The notes beneath the pieces were generated by a model. It had not been told where the DNA came from. It saw only the letters and a list, made by a program, of their open reading frames with translations, and searched no databases. From assembly GCA_012295275.1 (NCBI GenBank), contig CM022679.1, forward strand, positions 3,906,001-3,970,000: a stretch of 64,000 bases of DNA. Direction: 5' to 3'. Both the position numbers and the translations under genes were made by a program. Each line of letters opens with the position of its first letter. Position 1 is the stretch's first letter. Of this stretch, positions 1 through 15,232 are shown one piece after another. This DNA comes from Chrysomallon squamiferum (taxonomy: Eukaryota > Animalia > Mollusca).

Positions 1-1931
1 ACATTTATTAAATAAAATTGAATCATAAATTATTTTGAGGGGGCTATGGATGCTTTTCTTTTTTTTTTTTTAATAATAGAAAATCACATTGTTCCAGAAT
101 TATTTTAAATAATTGTATATCTCTAGATTTTATTGAGTAAAATTGTTGTTGTCTTTTCATTTTTTATTATTAACATTGTGGAATGAATTTTCAAAGTCTA
201 TTACAAAGTTAATATATATTTTAACATGATAAAAACAGACATTGCAAATAATATTTAGCATGATTAATTTAGAAATGTTAATTATTATATGAAATACAAT
301 GAAGTTATACTTTATTTTATTGTATATTTTTTAACATGATAAATCTTTAATAAATTCAGTAAGAGTAATTCATTTACTTGATTGTATGCATTTTCTTTTA
401 CATGTATCTGTGACCTTCCCTGCAATTGTTCCTATCTCATTCCTCCTTTCAATCTCTGTCTATAATATATTTTTGTAAAAATGTAAAATTCAGAAATAGA
501 AACCAGAATCTGAATTTTTGTATTATTTATCTATATTTTTTAACAGATTTGTTCATTGTTTTATAAATGTTTTTGTTTATTTATGTTTTATGTTTTTCTT
601 TTTAATTTTTTCATTCGTGTTTTTTTTTTTTTTCAATATCTTCTTTGTTAGTAGTTACTGTTTTCATCAGACTGAAATATTCTTCAGGTTAATAATAAAA
701 TTGTGCCATAAGTATCATTATTTTGTTAAAATATAGATCATAATCATTCTAGCATTATTGCAGAATGTTACATAGCTGTATCTATAAGGAGACAGCATTA
801 TGCAGTAATATTAAAATAATATAAACAGTTGCACTAACTGTGTTCTACCACAAACAAGCAAAGCACTATATAACCACCTTTACATATCATTTAGTTTTGA
901 CAAGTAAAGATTCTTATCTGGCTGTTAAAATCACATTGTTGTTATTATTATTATATAGGATATTAATTGTGAAAATATTGGAGGGCTTAAGAGGTTGACT
1001 GAAAATGGACAAATACTAGGGTATACAGCAATCAGTTGTTAAATATATTTAAATTTCCTTTTTGTTTGTTTGTTGAATGTTCTAAACTGTATGAAATCCA
1101 GATTCCTGATTTATGTCAGACTCACTTTATAGAGTGGAAGTAGATGTATAGGGACACACAGGGTTGTTATGATATGCAAACTTAAGACTCTTTGAGATGT
1201 GTACAAGGAAAGAGATGGTTTAAAAATTACAGATTGTGTCTGCAAATATGTTGTCTCCAAATTGTCATTTGATATGATGAGCACCAGGATTACTGAACTG
1301 TTTCATATTCCATCACCTGCCACTGCATAATATCTGAAATTCACTGTGCTAATTGAAAAATGCAAGCATTTTTTTTCTAAAAGATCTTCTATTTTAAGAA
1401 ATGTATGGCATTCGATAACAGGATCAATTATTAATCACTATGCTCTGTTAAGCTTACGGAAATCTTTATAAAAATAGATACAGTGAGAAGTAACGCAGTT
1501 TATTCTGTTTTCTAATGTTTATGCTCCTTATAACTTTTTTATTTAATGTTTTCATGTATCCACTGTTTAAAGTACATAAACAGTATAATTTACATGGTGA
1601 CTGATTATTTTGTCCATAGTTTAGCATGCACAAACACATCATATCCACATACACAAAGCATATTTAAAATAGTTAATTATTTTGGTAACTAATAATGTTT
1701 AGTGACGTTTGTTATTCTGAGTTTATTTACTTATTATTTATAGCACATATAATATAGCCTTATAAAATGCATATATATTAACTGAGTTAAAGTATGGAAT
1801 TGAGATGTTGAATAATAGTCATAATTTTTTTTCTTTTTAAAAACTTAATTAAATGAAAATACAAATAGATTTGTTATGGGTTTGTTTTGTTGGGTTTTTA
1901 GTTTTTTATTTTAACTTCATCATCATCATCA

Positions 1932-1978
<47 letters not shown>

Positions 1979-2792
1979 TTGATCCATTAAAATCTGTGTC
2001 ACATGTAAATGCTGTGTAAATCTATATTGCTATTCATATGGTCACTTGTGTTCTATGCATTCTGCTGTCAATATTAATTTGTGGTGAGTATGTCACAACT
2101 GTATGAAAAATACTGTGCCATAAATAGTTTCATTTACCGAGATTATTATAATATAAATAAACAAAAAGTTGGGGTTTCTCTCTAATTAAATTTAAGAAGG
2201 AAGAAGACTAGACCACAAATATTTCAGAAGGATCAATTATGAAATAAACTGAATAAAAAAAAAAAAAAAATATTGGTAAAACTCTGTGTTTCTTTGCTTT
2301 TGAAAGTGAAGTACAGTATTTTGTGCTCAATGTGTAATTGATAACAGAGAATTTTTTTTTATTTATGTAACTTGTTTTTCTCTATACAGCTTTGTTAAAA
2401 CCTGAATCTCAAAAGCAGGCATTGTAGCCGACTTTTTTTCATAACTGAAGGAGAAAGATTTTGAGGTTGTGTGTCGTTTAAATACACAAATGTAAGACGT
2501 TGAATTATGTGCGTTCACATTCACATTTCTCTGCTAATTCGTATAATTTAATATATACATGTTACATTTCTTAAGTCAGTTCTGTGTTGCAGATACGTTG
2601 TTGTGACATACTGTTTTAATTTTGTGACAGTTTTATCTGCTTGCTGTTCCACTGATATTTTAGATGACTTTTCTTAGTTTTAATTGCACTGCCTAGGGCA
2701 TATGTATTTTATAATCTTGGAACATTGTAGTCGGTGATTATATACCATTTCTAGTTTAAGACTCATTTTTTCTTTCTTTATTCTTTATTCTT

Positions 2793-2850
<58 letters not shown>

Positions 2851-2918
2851 ATTTATATACCATTTCTAGTTTAAGACTCATTTTTTATTTCTTTTTTTTT
2901 TTTTTTTTTTTTTTTTAT

Positions 2919-2962
<44 letters not shown>

Positions 2963-4010
2963 TTTTAGATTTTTTTTAAGCAAAATACTTTTTAATAGAT
3001 CTTTCTGTTTTTAATACTTTATTATAATGTATTTGATTTAAAAACATTTTTTTTTTTTTTTTTGAGTTTTGAATTTTCTTTAAGCAATATACTATTTAAT
3101 AGTGATCTTTCTGTTTTTAATACTTTATTATAATGTACATTTTTTTTTTTGATTTTTTTTTTTTGATTTTTTTTTTTTTGATTTTTCTTTGTGTTCCTTT
3201 ACTGCTGACTCTGATGCAAATTACCTTCATATATGTTTCCTTTGTATCTTAAATTTATTTTTCACTTAGTTATTTTTTTATTTATGAACTCATTTTCAAG
3301 ATTTAAGTATGCTAAAATTACTTTTTTCTTTCTTTTTAACTGTGACTACATAAAATAAAATTTGCCATGGTATGTCATAGGTGTTTTATAAAATAAAATA
3401 ATTTTCCCTCCTGTTTTTTTTAAATTTTTAAATTTTAATTTTTTTATTCTCTTTGATGAATTGTTCATTAGATCTGTTAGTGTATATTCAATGTAATTTT
3501 AAAATTAAAATATATGAATATATAGAGTATTAGCTGCACTACAGAAATTTAACATTATGCTATTTATTTCCACAGAAAGTAAATAAATGTTAATGATCTC
3601 TCCTCCCCAACAAAGTATTTACTGTTCCACCTTTGTGTATTTTTCTGTTTTGTATTTAATTAATTATTTTGTGTGTATTGTGTTTAAATAAAAAAGTGGC
3701 ATGAAAAGTATGTAATGACATGTCTGTGTGAATATATCTGTACATAATTATAATTCAGTGTGTGTGTGTGTGTGTGTGTGTGTATAATGTATACATACAT
3801 CCTTATAACATTATTTGTATATACAACACAAAACATTTCACTTCTACTGCTCTTATCTTCATTTTCTCCTCTCATATCTAGTCTTCTGTAGATTAGTGAA
3901 ATATTTTACACACGTTTATTCAATATAATTTGCTTGTTTTAGCTTGCAATTGTGAAATGTATTATTAACATTAATATATTGTGAATAAAATTATTGCTAT
4001 TATCAAACAG
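1..4010 (+). other. Probable 3' UTR / 3' end of an upstream gene whose coding part lies outside the window
   Basis: No coding ORF. T-rich and CpG-poor sequence with AATAAA at 3984-3989, followed by a switch to CpG-normal sequence at ~4900. Inference only. Confidence 0.35.
2738..3138. repeat. Two short tandem duplications separated by poly(T) tracts
   Basis: TTATATACCATTTCTAGTTTAAGACTCATTTTTT at 2738-2771 and 2853-2886. A ~70-bp unit ending GATCTTTCTGTTTTTAATACTTTATTATAATGTA at ~2961-3030 and ~3065-3137. Confidence 0.85.
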
Positions 4011-5009
4011 AATACTACTGTCTTTTTACAGTTAATAATGAAAATTCAAGGGATTAGAGCCAGATGGTGCATATATTTATAATTTTTATTTTATGAACAC
4101 AAATATTTTAAAAAGCTGCTTCAAAGTGATGTTTCTTTCTCAGTTCACAGTTTGAAAATGTAGTTTTCTGAATTACACAACAAACATTGAAAAAAACAGT
4201 ATAAGACAAACCAGAACATTTGTGTTAATCTGAGAAAAACATAGCTGGTACCTTGTCATCCTGAATTTGGTTTTAAAATTATTTACGAAGAATTTTTCTC
4301 AGATATGTTTCTGAAACTCAAACAATCTGCATTTTGATTCATACTGAATAATACTAAATAAATCAATATCATGAACTGTCCTGATTATTTTATAAAAAGT
4401 AATTATGCCAAATGCATTCACATAACATTTTGATAACAGCTTTTTGAATAAATAATTTTTATTCATGAATAAGACATAAAATTACACGTTGATTTAAATC
4501 ACATTGAACCCACTGAACAAGACTGATGGTGATTTAAGAAGTTACACTGGTTGTTTCATTCAGTGAATTGGTCAATGGGAGAAAAGAAACAAAGTATATT
4601 TATATTCATATGAAAACAGTCAAAATGTGTTGATTTTTTTTTTTTAAGGCAGTTAAAGGATGGCAGTATCCTGGAGTGAAAGATAAAATGGGTTCTAACT
4701 ACAGTTTTTATACAGTATGTGCAATTTTTCAGTTTTATTTATAGATATCTCATATGTATACCATACATCATTTAATTATGACCAGTGCATAATAAAGTCG
4801 GCCTTAATATAATATTAAAGTCAGAGAAAGTCTGTTCAGAATTATTCTATGTCACTTCTGCAGCAAGAGAAAGCTAAAGCAAATGATATACACAGAATAA
4901 GTGCCTAGACCAGACGTCATAATAATTTATCGTAATTCGATTTTACATTGCCGTTATGTTACAGTATAACAACAACGACAATAACAGCATTGTGAAAGAT
5001 CGTTTCAGA

Positions 5010-5065
<56 letters not shown>

Positions 5066-5286
5066 TTACAGGAGCTGTGTAATAGCAAAAGTCTGCGCGA
5101 TTAACAATTGCAACAAACCTACACTACAACAACAACAACAACAGTAATAATAAATAAATTAATTAATTAATTAATTAAGAGAAAAGGAGATACACGCTCA
5201 TTCATTATTTTATTGTACTTGTAATCACGCTATTAAGTCATTTCTCTCAAATTAATAATAACTATAATAATAATAATTAATTAATT

Positions 5287-5327
<41 letters not shown>

Positions 5328-6236
5328 TATTTTTAATTAGTATATTGGAATAAATTCACTCGCACTGGTATTTTCCAAAGCACATCAGAAAAATCCCGAT
5401 TAAACTGTCCGAAAATTACCGAGTCACAACACCGATAATCAACGAAAGAATAAGCGGAAACATAACGAACGTGGTGTTTAAGTCCATTGATAAAGAAGTG
5501 ATATAATTGTGTAATTATGAAGTAAAAAGGTATCTTGTAGCTTACACATTTCGAACCTGCTTTTTTGTAATAAAATTAAACTACAGATATAAAAATATTG
5601 TAATGTATATAATATTGAAAACGATTTGAAAGTTACATTCAACGTAAAATTTGTTTTAGCCGCATTAACCTGAAATAATTTTAAGTTTCACATCCGCTTT
5701 ATTGACATATTTAAGTTATAAACAAAAACAAAAAGATGCTTGCAACATGTTTTAATCGTCATTTCAAGTAAATTGATTACAATAAATTTTACATTAATAT
5801 AATTTTAGTCAAAAGAAACACAGAATAGTGCCATTGTAACAGGTTGACGTTATTTTTTTTCCTAGGTTCTCCGTCACGTCCGCGTTACAGATATCCCTAT
5901 AAATAATGTTGTCAGTGGCAACTAATCGTGACTCTCCGAAACCAGCTCTAACTTGTAGAGGTTCTCGATCGGAAATTAAGTTTTGAACTTGGCATTCAGG
6001 GTAATTTCATCAAATTAGGCATAATTTCTGAAAATATAGATTCCGATCTTCATTATTTTGGCGAACCGTCTAAATGTGCGTCTAAATTTTATTTTAATTT
6101 TTTTTTTTTTTAGGTCTTTTTTTAAAGTAACTACTAATTTTTAAATCATTCTGGCTGACGCTTTTAAATTCATTTTTTTTTTTTTTTTTTTTTTAATTTT
6201 ATTTGTTTATTATTTATTTTCTACTGCATCATGCGC

Positions 6237-6393
6237 ACAACACGAATACGTCCTACATGGAAGAAAGAAGACCAAGAAGAAGAAAGAAAAGTCAAGAGAT
6301 GGAAGATCCGACTGCCATTTTTCTGCATACAAACATCTTCTTCAAACATCTTTCTCTCTCTCAACTTTTTTATTATTTTATTTTATTTTCTTC

Positions 6394-6441
<48 letters not shown>

Positions 6442-6521
6442 TTAGATTTTAATTTATTATTACTAATTCTGATTTTTTTCATTATTATTATTATTATTAT
6501 TATTATTAATTTAAATTTTCA

Positions 6522-6570
<49 letters not shown>

Positions 6571-6824
6571 TAATTTTGATTTTCATCTTTTATTTATTTA
6601 TTTATTTACTTATTTATTTATTTTCTTTTTCTTTTTATTCTTTACTAATTTCTTTTATTTTTTATATTTTTACTTATTTTTTCTAATTTACGTTTTTAAT
6701 GTTTTAATAATTTTCTTCTTGTTCTTCTTCCACATACAACATGAATACACCCTACACAGAAGAAAGAAGAGTCAAGAGATGGAAGATCACACTGCCATTT
6801 TCCTGCATACAAACATCTTCTTCA
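6237..6824. repeat. ~90-110 bp direct repeat, copies at 6237-6344 and 6736-6824
   Basis: Both copies share GTCAAGAGATGGAAGATC..ACTGCCATTTT.CTGCATACAAACATCTTCTTCA, 480 bp apart, separated by (ATT)n/T-rich sequence. Confidence 0.85.
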
Positions 6825-6939
6825 CATAACTTTTTCCGATTTAAAAAAAAAAAAAAAAAAAAAAAATTTTGTATTATTTTTAATTTTTTTTAATTTGTTC
6901 TAAATTTAAAAAAAAAAAAAAAAAAAAATATTTTTTTTA

Positions 6940-7033
6940 TTATTATATATATTTGTTGTTTAAATTTTAAATTTTATTTTTAAAATTATTATTTTTTTTT
7001 ATTATTAATTCTATTTCTTTCTTTTTTTTTTTT

Positions 7034-7078
<45 letters not shown>

Positions 7079-7340
7079 TTCCTCAGCATTATTTTTTTAT
7101 AATTTTGCACCTTGAAAGCAGCAACAGTGAGTCACCTGGTCTATTTTTTTAATTATATTTTTTCTTTAAAAATTAAATTTTAGTTTTAAAATTATTTTTT
7201 TTTTTTTAATATTAATTATATTTTTTTCTTTTTATTTATTTATTTTTTATTATTTTTTTTTTTTTTTTTTTTTTAATAATTGCTCACCATTATTTTTTTA
7301 TAATATGTACCTTAAATGCAGCAACAGTGAGTCACCTGGT
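6940..7340. repeat. ~200-bp tandem duplication ending in GCAGCAACAGTGAGTCACCTGGT
   Basis: Near-identical blocks at 7075-7140 and 7276-7340, each preceded by a similar T-rich stretch. Both contain an AP-1-type TGAGTCA. Confidence 0.8.
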
Positions 7341-7554
7341 GAGTGATGATACCCCCACCTCAGAGTGGCTAATACAGGAACTCATACTTGAAAATGTGTT
7401 TCTGGGGGACTGTTCACCTAAGGTACAGAACACAATAAAAAAAAATAAAGCAAACAAAAACACAAGGCACCAGAAAGAAACTATGAAGATGGTCCTTTTA
7501 AAATTGAGACTGAATTTAAGAATGAGTGTTACTGTTCATCGAATAATGCAGTAC

Positions 7555-7562
7555 TCTACTAT

Positions 7563-7646
<84 letters not shown>

Positions 7647-7650
7647 CAAC
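7555..7650. repeat. (ACT)n/(AAT)n compound microsatellite
   Basis: Direct reading; explains the poly-Thr/poly-Asn in ORF 7327-7761. Confidence 0.95.
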
Positions 7651-7872
7651 AGCAATAACATAAACAAAAACCCAGTAACAACAACTATTACAATTACAAC
7701 AGCAACAGTATTAATAATAATAGCAGTAGTAATAACAATAATGAATGAATTAATTAATTAATTAATAATAAAAATAATAGTAATATTACAATAAAAATAA
7801 TAATAATGTTACAATAAAACTAATAATAAATAAACAAATAAATAAATAAAACAAGCCCCCCGAAAAACAAAT

Positions 7873-7903
<31 letters not shown>

Positions 7904-8317
7904 AAATAAAGATAGAGAATACGATTATTAGTGTGCGTGCGAAAGTTCTGTTAAGAAAAAGTTTTGCACAAAATGGCTGTTTCACCCGAACCCACCCGTA
8001 ACTGAATGAATCCGATTAAAAATAAATATATAAATGAATGACTTAATGGAAAGGTGTTCGTATTTATCATTTTGTAGCGTGTTTTACTTAGTACTATTTA
8101 CTTCAAATATGACTAAACGTGAACGTCTGTGTCTGTGTGTAAAATATAATAAATAATTTTGATTCAGGGGAGGAGTTTATAGTGGAATCGTTTACCATTT
8201 GTACTGATTGACGTTTTTCATTAAATCAAAATTTATCATTTCTCGTTTCTTAGTATCACTATTACTATATATCTACAGATTCGACTGAAAAAACAACAGA
8301 AATATCACACAACTGTT

Positions 8318-8370
<53 letters not shown>

Positions 8371-8883
8371 CGCACGCACGCACGTCAAATCCATTCATTT
8401 CTCCTTCATACTTGTTCTTTTTTCTTTTTTTTTCCTATAATGACCAAAAATATCTGAAAGAATTTTATTATTTATTTTATTTTGTGAGAGCTGTTGTTTT
8501 CTGTTTATTTATGTTTTATTTATGGATTAGTGACAGAAATAGGGAAAAGGTCACTGAATTGTATGAAAGAGAAAAAATCCTGGAGATCAGCAAGTCTTCA
8601 GAAATAGTCTGGAACTACGAAGGCAAGCTACTCAGACTTCACAATAAAACTTTCTCAGACATATTGATCCAATTATATGAACCTTTGTAGACATGAAAAC
8701 ACAGTTTTAATAATATTATACAAGTACTAGATATTCTTTGACAGTCTTTTAATGCAGCTATGTGTGTAGTTATTTCTCTGTTCAACTGTAGTCTGACTGA
8801 AACTGCATTCCTGTATACTTTGTGAATTCTTTACTGAAAAAGAAAAAGAAGTACAGATGTATGAGTGTGTGCGCGCGCGTCTA

Positions 8884-8933
<50 letters not shown>

Positions 8934-9351
8934 CTGTGTGTTTAGCATTCCAGAACAGAAGGGTGTCCAGGTGGGGTTGTTGGCGATTTTCGGGAGCCTA
9001 TTTCCCGAGATAGAGCCAAAAGATAGTTAAAGGACATCGTTTAGTATCAAACATTAACACTTTAAAGGACATTCACAAAAAACAATAAAAATAAAAAAGC
9101 AAATTACTGAAACCAAAATATTTTAAATTAATTATATATCTTTTATAATATACATTATATGATATTAACATGTATCTTGTCGTGTTTAGCACAGATTACA
9201 AAAATAAGAACTGAGCTTACATTTCTCATCTCTTTAGTTACTAGCACTGAGGGGGACCTATTTATTAGTTTATGTGTATGTTTTAACTAAGAAAGTATTA
9301 TAAAGTTTAACTTACAAAACAAATAATTTTAATGTAGATTAAAAAAAAAAA

Positions 9352-9394
<43 letters not shown>

Positions 9395-9989
9395 TGCAGC
9401 TTTAGTGGACATTCGAAATAAAACACTTACATGTCAAACTTTATTATCATAATTATTATTATTATTATGATTGTTATTGTTTTTCTTGCTGCTGTTTTTG
9501 TTGTTGTATGTTAATATTACTCTTCTTCTTCTTCTTCCTATTCTTCTTCTTCTTATTATTATCAAAAAATATTTAAAAGTTAATTATTAGTTAATCAGTT
9601 TTATTATTATTATTTATTTGGTTAGCTAGTTAGTTCAGTAGTTAGTTATTAAAAACACTGCCGTAGAGATTAAATGCATTAAAAAGGAAAAACTAAATTC
9701 TTTAATTATAATTTTATAAATTTAATCAAGAAGCTTACTATTAAGAATTTAAGATTTGATATAGATTGTAAATAATAAAATTATCATTATTATTTATTTA
9801 ATAATTTATACATTTATTTATTTATTTATTTTTGTGGTGAAGACTTGAATTTGAGCGGTATTATGACTCAATAAAAAAACAAATTTGAATTCTCTTGCAA
9901 TTTAATCCAAAACATTCTTGGCGAATGGAATAAAGTTCACTTTATATATACACTTTTACATATACTCCATAAACTATTACTATGCACTG

Positions 9990-10153
9990 CACGACTTTTC
10001 CAAGTGCCAACAGCTGTTAATACTTTGGCACTGCCTAGAGTTCACTCCCTTTGCCGTATTGATTTCACGCATGGCGGGACAGCGTCCATAAAGTTGATGA
10101 CTTATTTTGGGGTGTTGAAAAGAAGTTGCCGCCCATTATTGCACCCGCAAAAG
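9990..10153 (+). promoter_or_regulatory. Candidate promoter / non-coding first exon of the CSGALNACT gene
   Basis: Local GC/CpG-rich patch with an E2F-like TGGCGGGA, ending in a good donor AAG|GTAGGT (GT at 10154). CpG depletion begins ~300 bp downstream and lasts through the gene. Confidence 0.45.
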
Positions 10154-10539
10154 GTAGGTGTCACCTGTGTATTGTTATCATGCTTGAATGACGTTTAGTT
10201 AACCACGCCCACGGTTATCATTGAAGATAGGCAAGGTTTGACTGTGTCACAAACAAAAAAGAATGCGATGTTTAAGTAATGTAATATTTACATGTAGAGA
10301 ACATGCCATCTTTCTCGAGTTGGTTCATTTTGTAAAAAGTTATATTGTTTCAAAACTTGTTAATTTTGTTCATATGTTATCTTTGTATTCTTAAATTTGT
10401 TCTTTATGAAGAAGATAGGTATTAAAAATCGTAATTGTTATTCAGCAAAATTTAAAAAAATTATTGTAATGCTAATAAGAATTCAATTATAATTTAATTT
10501 TACTTAACTTTTCTTCATTTTTACAATTAATGTAATTTA

Positions 10540-10597
<58 letters not shown>

Positions 10598-10972
10598 TAT
10601 ACTAATAATTTGGAAAACAAATATTTCTATAATTTTAAAACTAAATCCATATTTTGAAGTCTGTTAAATTTATTGCTTTTTAACTTACTACTAGTAGCTC
10701 TTTCTTCTTCCTCTTTTTGTCTTTGTTTATATTTTAAGAAGAAAAAAAAAGAAAGTTGAAAAGAATTTTTTTTTATAATTTTCTTGTTTATTACTCTGTG
10801 TTAATAATACATTATTCTTTGACAAAGTCATTTAATAACTGATTTCTAATGACTGTTAATTGTTTTAAAAAAGTCTGAGACAAGTATATGTCATTAAAAT
10901 GCCACTGAACAAGTAATAAACTAAATTTTTTTTTTATATTAACTAGCACAAATTGAAGATTTCTTTATCAAA

Positions 10973-11005
<33 letters not shown>

Positions 11006-11016
11006 GACATATATAG

Positions 11017-11051
<35 letters not shown>

Positions 11052-11405
11052 GATATATTTTTATTGTTATTTTTAAGTTTTGTAACAGAGGAAACATGAA
11101 CACAGTTGTCATATTTTATTGATAGTTTAGCATTTGACATTAAAACCAGTGGAATCTTATTTAAGTTTCTGTTTCTTGTTAATAAAACTAAGCTTCCACT
11201 TTTATATGAAGAAAAATATATCAGTTTTTTTCTTCTTTCTTTTTTTAAGATAGAGAAAAGAAAAATAGATCTTCAATTTGCAAAAGTTAATACTTTTTTT
11301 TAAAAAAAGCTTATTAACATTCTTACAATATTTCAAATCCTACATTGTTAGTTAAAAATATTTTTTTGAGAAATGAAAAAGGAAAAAAGAAGCCTCCAAA
11401 ACCAA

Positions 11406-11444
<39 letters not shown>

Positions 11445-13636
11445 AAAGTTTAAAAAAAGATTTAAACAATGTTATAATAAGAACTATGAAAGAAAGGCAC
11501 TTCATTATAAAAATAACACAAATTACACACACACACGCAAATAATTATGTTCTTTTATTTTGCTGTTGTTACTGAAAGCTGTTACTAATACAAGAACATT
11601 AACAGTTTATTTCTTATCTGCATTTGCTTGCCAGAGAAGATAGTTAAATAAATCTTTGTTAACAAATCTATATCTGCTTGGACTGCCAGAGATTTTATCC
11701 AAGATGAGAAAAGTGCTAAAAGCTGTTCCTGTTTTATAAGATCATAAATGACACTTATCTTGTATGTGTATTTTCATTAAAAAAAAAATAAAAATAATCT
11801 AAGAAAAGCACTGCCTACAGTTACTTGTCATTAACTGTGTTAAATGTATGCCTGTCATTGTCTTTTGTAAAGCATTAGAAAGTGAAAAAAGTGTCTTCTC
11901 TGATTTTATTGAGTAGGCCTACCCTTTCTTAAAAAAAATGAAGAAAGAAAGCACAATACCCCCTCCATCAGATGCAGAGTCAAGTGCAGAGTTCTTCATT
12001 GTTTATCATTTGTGGTGTGGATGTTCATTGTTTATCAGTTGTGTGGATGTTCTTTGTGGAATACTATTTAATTCCTGGTTAAAGGATTCTTGTTTGATGA
12101 GCCATTATCAGCCATCTTGAACAACATTGCTTTACATAAGTACTACATTAGGAATTTTAACAGTAACAATCTGCAAATGAGTATAATTTTCCTTGCAAAA
12201 ATGGCAATATTATTGTGATCTTTGTGTATGATAGATTTTTGAAACCATTGTTTACCGAATGCTGAAATTGCCTTTAATAGCATTCTTTTTTTTTTTCTCT
12301 TTTTTTTTCCTTTTCCTGTTGCCAAAATGCATTAAGGACCTGATAAAATTGCATTGTTACACCTAGGTATTAGCATAGAAAATAAGTACTATGAACAGAG
12401 AATGTACTGGAAACCAAGATGTATTTTACAGTGGCCTGATGCTATGAAAATGTATTTGCTACGGCAGAATATGGCTTCCAATATTAAGTTTCTGTTTGCT
12501 TTACTGTAAAATTCAGGGAAACAATCCAGATGGGTGCACAAGGTAAATACCATCATCTCACACACATGTGCATAAAGGAAATGACATTTTTTTTTTGTTA
12601 TAGGAAATGTGAAAGGGGAGGGAAAGAGCATAAGGAATGGAGAATTTTAGGAACCAGAATAACCATACACATATGCATTGAATCCTTTTTGTTAGTTTCA
12701 TATTCTTCCTTTCCTTTTTATTTGTATTATTTTACATTTGTCTGTTATTTTGAGAGCAGCCAGTTTGATAACTCAGCTATTTCTCAAGAGATACTTTAGA
12801 TTGCAGAACTGACTTTCATTGGTTTATCACCTTATATCCCAATCTGGCTGGTGCTCCATCACTGATGTGGTTAGTGAAATCAGCTGCAACTCACTGGCCA
12901 AGATTTATCTTCAAATGTTCTGTGAATAACTTCACTCTTATTTCCCAGTCCAGTCCTTGTCTGATATCCCCAATACAGTTCAGTAGACTTACCATTCAAG
13001 TAAATAGTATTTTCTCAAATGACATTTATGTGACAATCACAAAATAATAATTAAAAAGTCAGTTTGCAGTTTTGACAGTGGCATTATAATAAAATATAGC
13101 AAGGCATCAAGACATTGTTTATGGATAAATAAAAGCAATATGAATTTTTAAGAAAAAGAAAAGATCAAGTTAATATGTGCTAAAGAAGATATATTTCACA
13201 TATTTTAGGTTTATAATAATATTAAAACTGGTATTGTTGATATTAATTAACAGTAATAATAATAATAATTAATAATAATAATAATAATAATTATTATTAT
13301 TATTAAATAAATAAATAAATAATGAAATCTTTTTTCTGTGTCCATTCTTTAATAATGTAAGAACATTCACTAATAATTTATTAAATGCTCTGTTAATAAT
13401 AAATTATGTTTGACTAATTCAGATCCTGCAGTTTATCAGCAAATCGCTTTGTGTTTCATGTCTCTCATATTGTTTTAATATGTACTTCCCTGTACCATGC
13501 TTTAAAACATATTTAAACTAATTTAGCTTTTAAAAGTAATCTTCTGGTTTTAGTGTTTAATGTGATTAAAGATCTTTAAAAATCACCTGTCCGTGTAAGT
13601 TTCCTTTTTATTATTTCATCTTTATATTTTGGTTAG

Positions 13637-13921
<285 letters not shown>

Positions 13922-14355
13922 CAATTATCAACATTATCTCTGTAGTTATGTTTCATATTTATCATATATACAGTATTCATACAAACAGAGCTATAGGCCA
14001 TTGTTAGTTCTTTCCTGACTACAGGAAGGTTCATCTAAATAGTTTCTTGCTATTTTAAAAAAGAAACAACCCATCTGCAGGTTTCTTCTCTTAGTATTTG
14101 TAATGTATTTTTTGCCTGTATATGTCCCAGTATAATCATAGATTATAAATATGTTTAGTGCTTTCTTCCTTCTGTTTATACAAAGCAGCTTAAACACACA
14201 CTCACACACAACCTGACATACAGAAACATGCATTGTTAAACATATATATTATCTCTTCTTCTCTTTCTCACATACATATAGTGACCTATACATACATATA
14301 CATCCTAATTATTGCAAATTATCTATTAAGAATAATAATATGCATACAACACACA

Positions 14356-14397
<42 letters not shown>

Positions 14398-15049
14398 CTC
14401 TTCATAATATTTGAACTTTTAAACTCGTATTTCCTATTTTGAGAACTCACTGCTACATTTAGGAAATGAAAAATTTACTTATACCACTTATATAACTATT
14501 AAGAGGACACTGATGGGTGCAAATTAACTGGTTTGGTGTGTTCTGCGTCATCTATTGTTATAATATATAATAACTTGTGAAATATTTATAATTATTAATA
14601 GCTGCAGTAAATAAATAAATAAGTTGGAATTGATTCAGATTAATTTTGAGAGGAAAAAAAAAAAAAAAACTCTTCATTTTATTATTATTATAATAATAAT
14701 TAGTTTTTGAAGGTTGGTTGTTACTTGAAGTAGAAATCTTTTAAGAACAAAAATTAAATTTCTTTTATTTCAGATATTTAAAGTTAATTAAGTTAACTGT
14801 GAAACTTTTTTTTTTTTTTTTCTTACATCAGCTTAAAAAAAAAAATGTATCTAAGGCACATTTAAGCTTAATTCATTCTTTCTAACATTGTTTTTTTTTT
14901 TTTTTCTTCACGAAATTGCTGGTTTTAGACCAACGCATTGTTTTCAGTCATTTCCATTTCTTAAAATTATTGTTATTTAACTGAGCATGTTAAAATATTT
15001 GTGATAACAGTAATCAAATTTTCTTATTTTTTAAATCTTATTTCTCCAG

Positions 15050-15232
15050 GGAGCAGATGGTTGGAAAATCGCATAGATTGCTAAAATCATGAATTCGTAC
15101 CTGAAAGAAAGAGACAAATGGTTGCCACATGTGAAATCATCGAAACACATCTTGATTCTATGATTATGTTACTTACACTTGACTACACTGCAGGCTGTTT
15201 GTTCAACAGCTAGACAGACAAAATAACTACAG
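15050..15232 (+). other. Candidate internal non-coding (5' UTR) exon of CSGALNACT with a GC donor
   Basis: Pyrimidine tract plus TTTCTCCAG| acceptor, balanced exon-like composition, and CAG|GCAAGT at the 3' end, matching the GC-AG donor consensus. Contains several short ATG-initiated ORFs. Confidence 0.4.

Noticed and set aside
7327-7761. 144-aa ORF with poly-Thr/poly-Asn
   Set aside because: GTG start, the second half is a trinucleotide microsatellite, and the first half has no recognisable homology.
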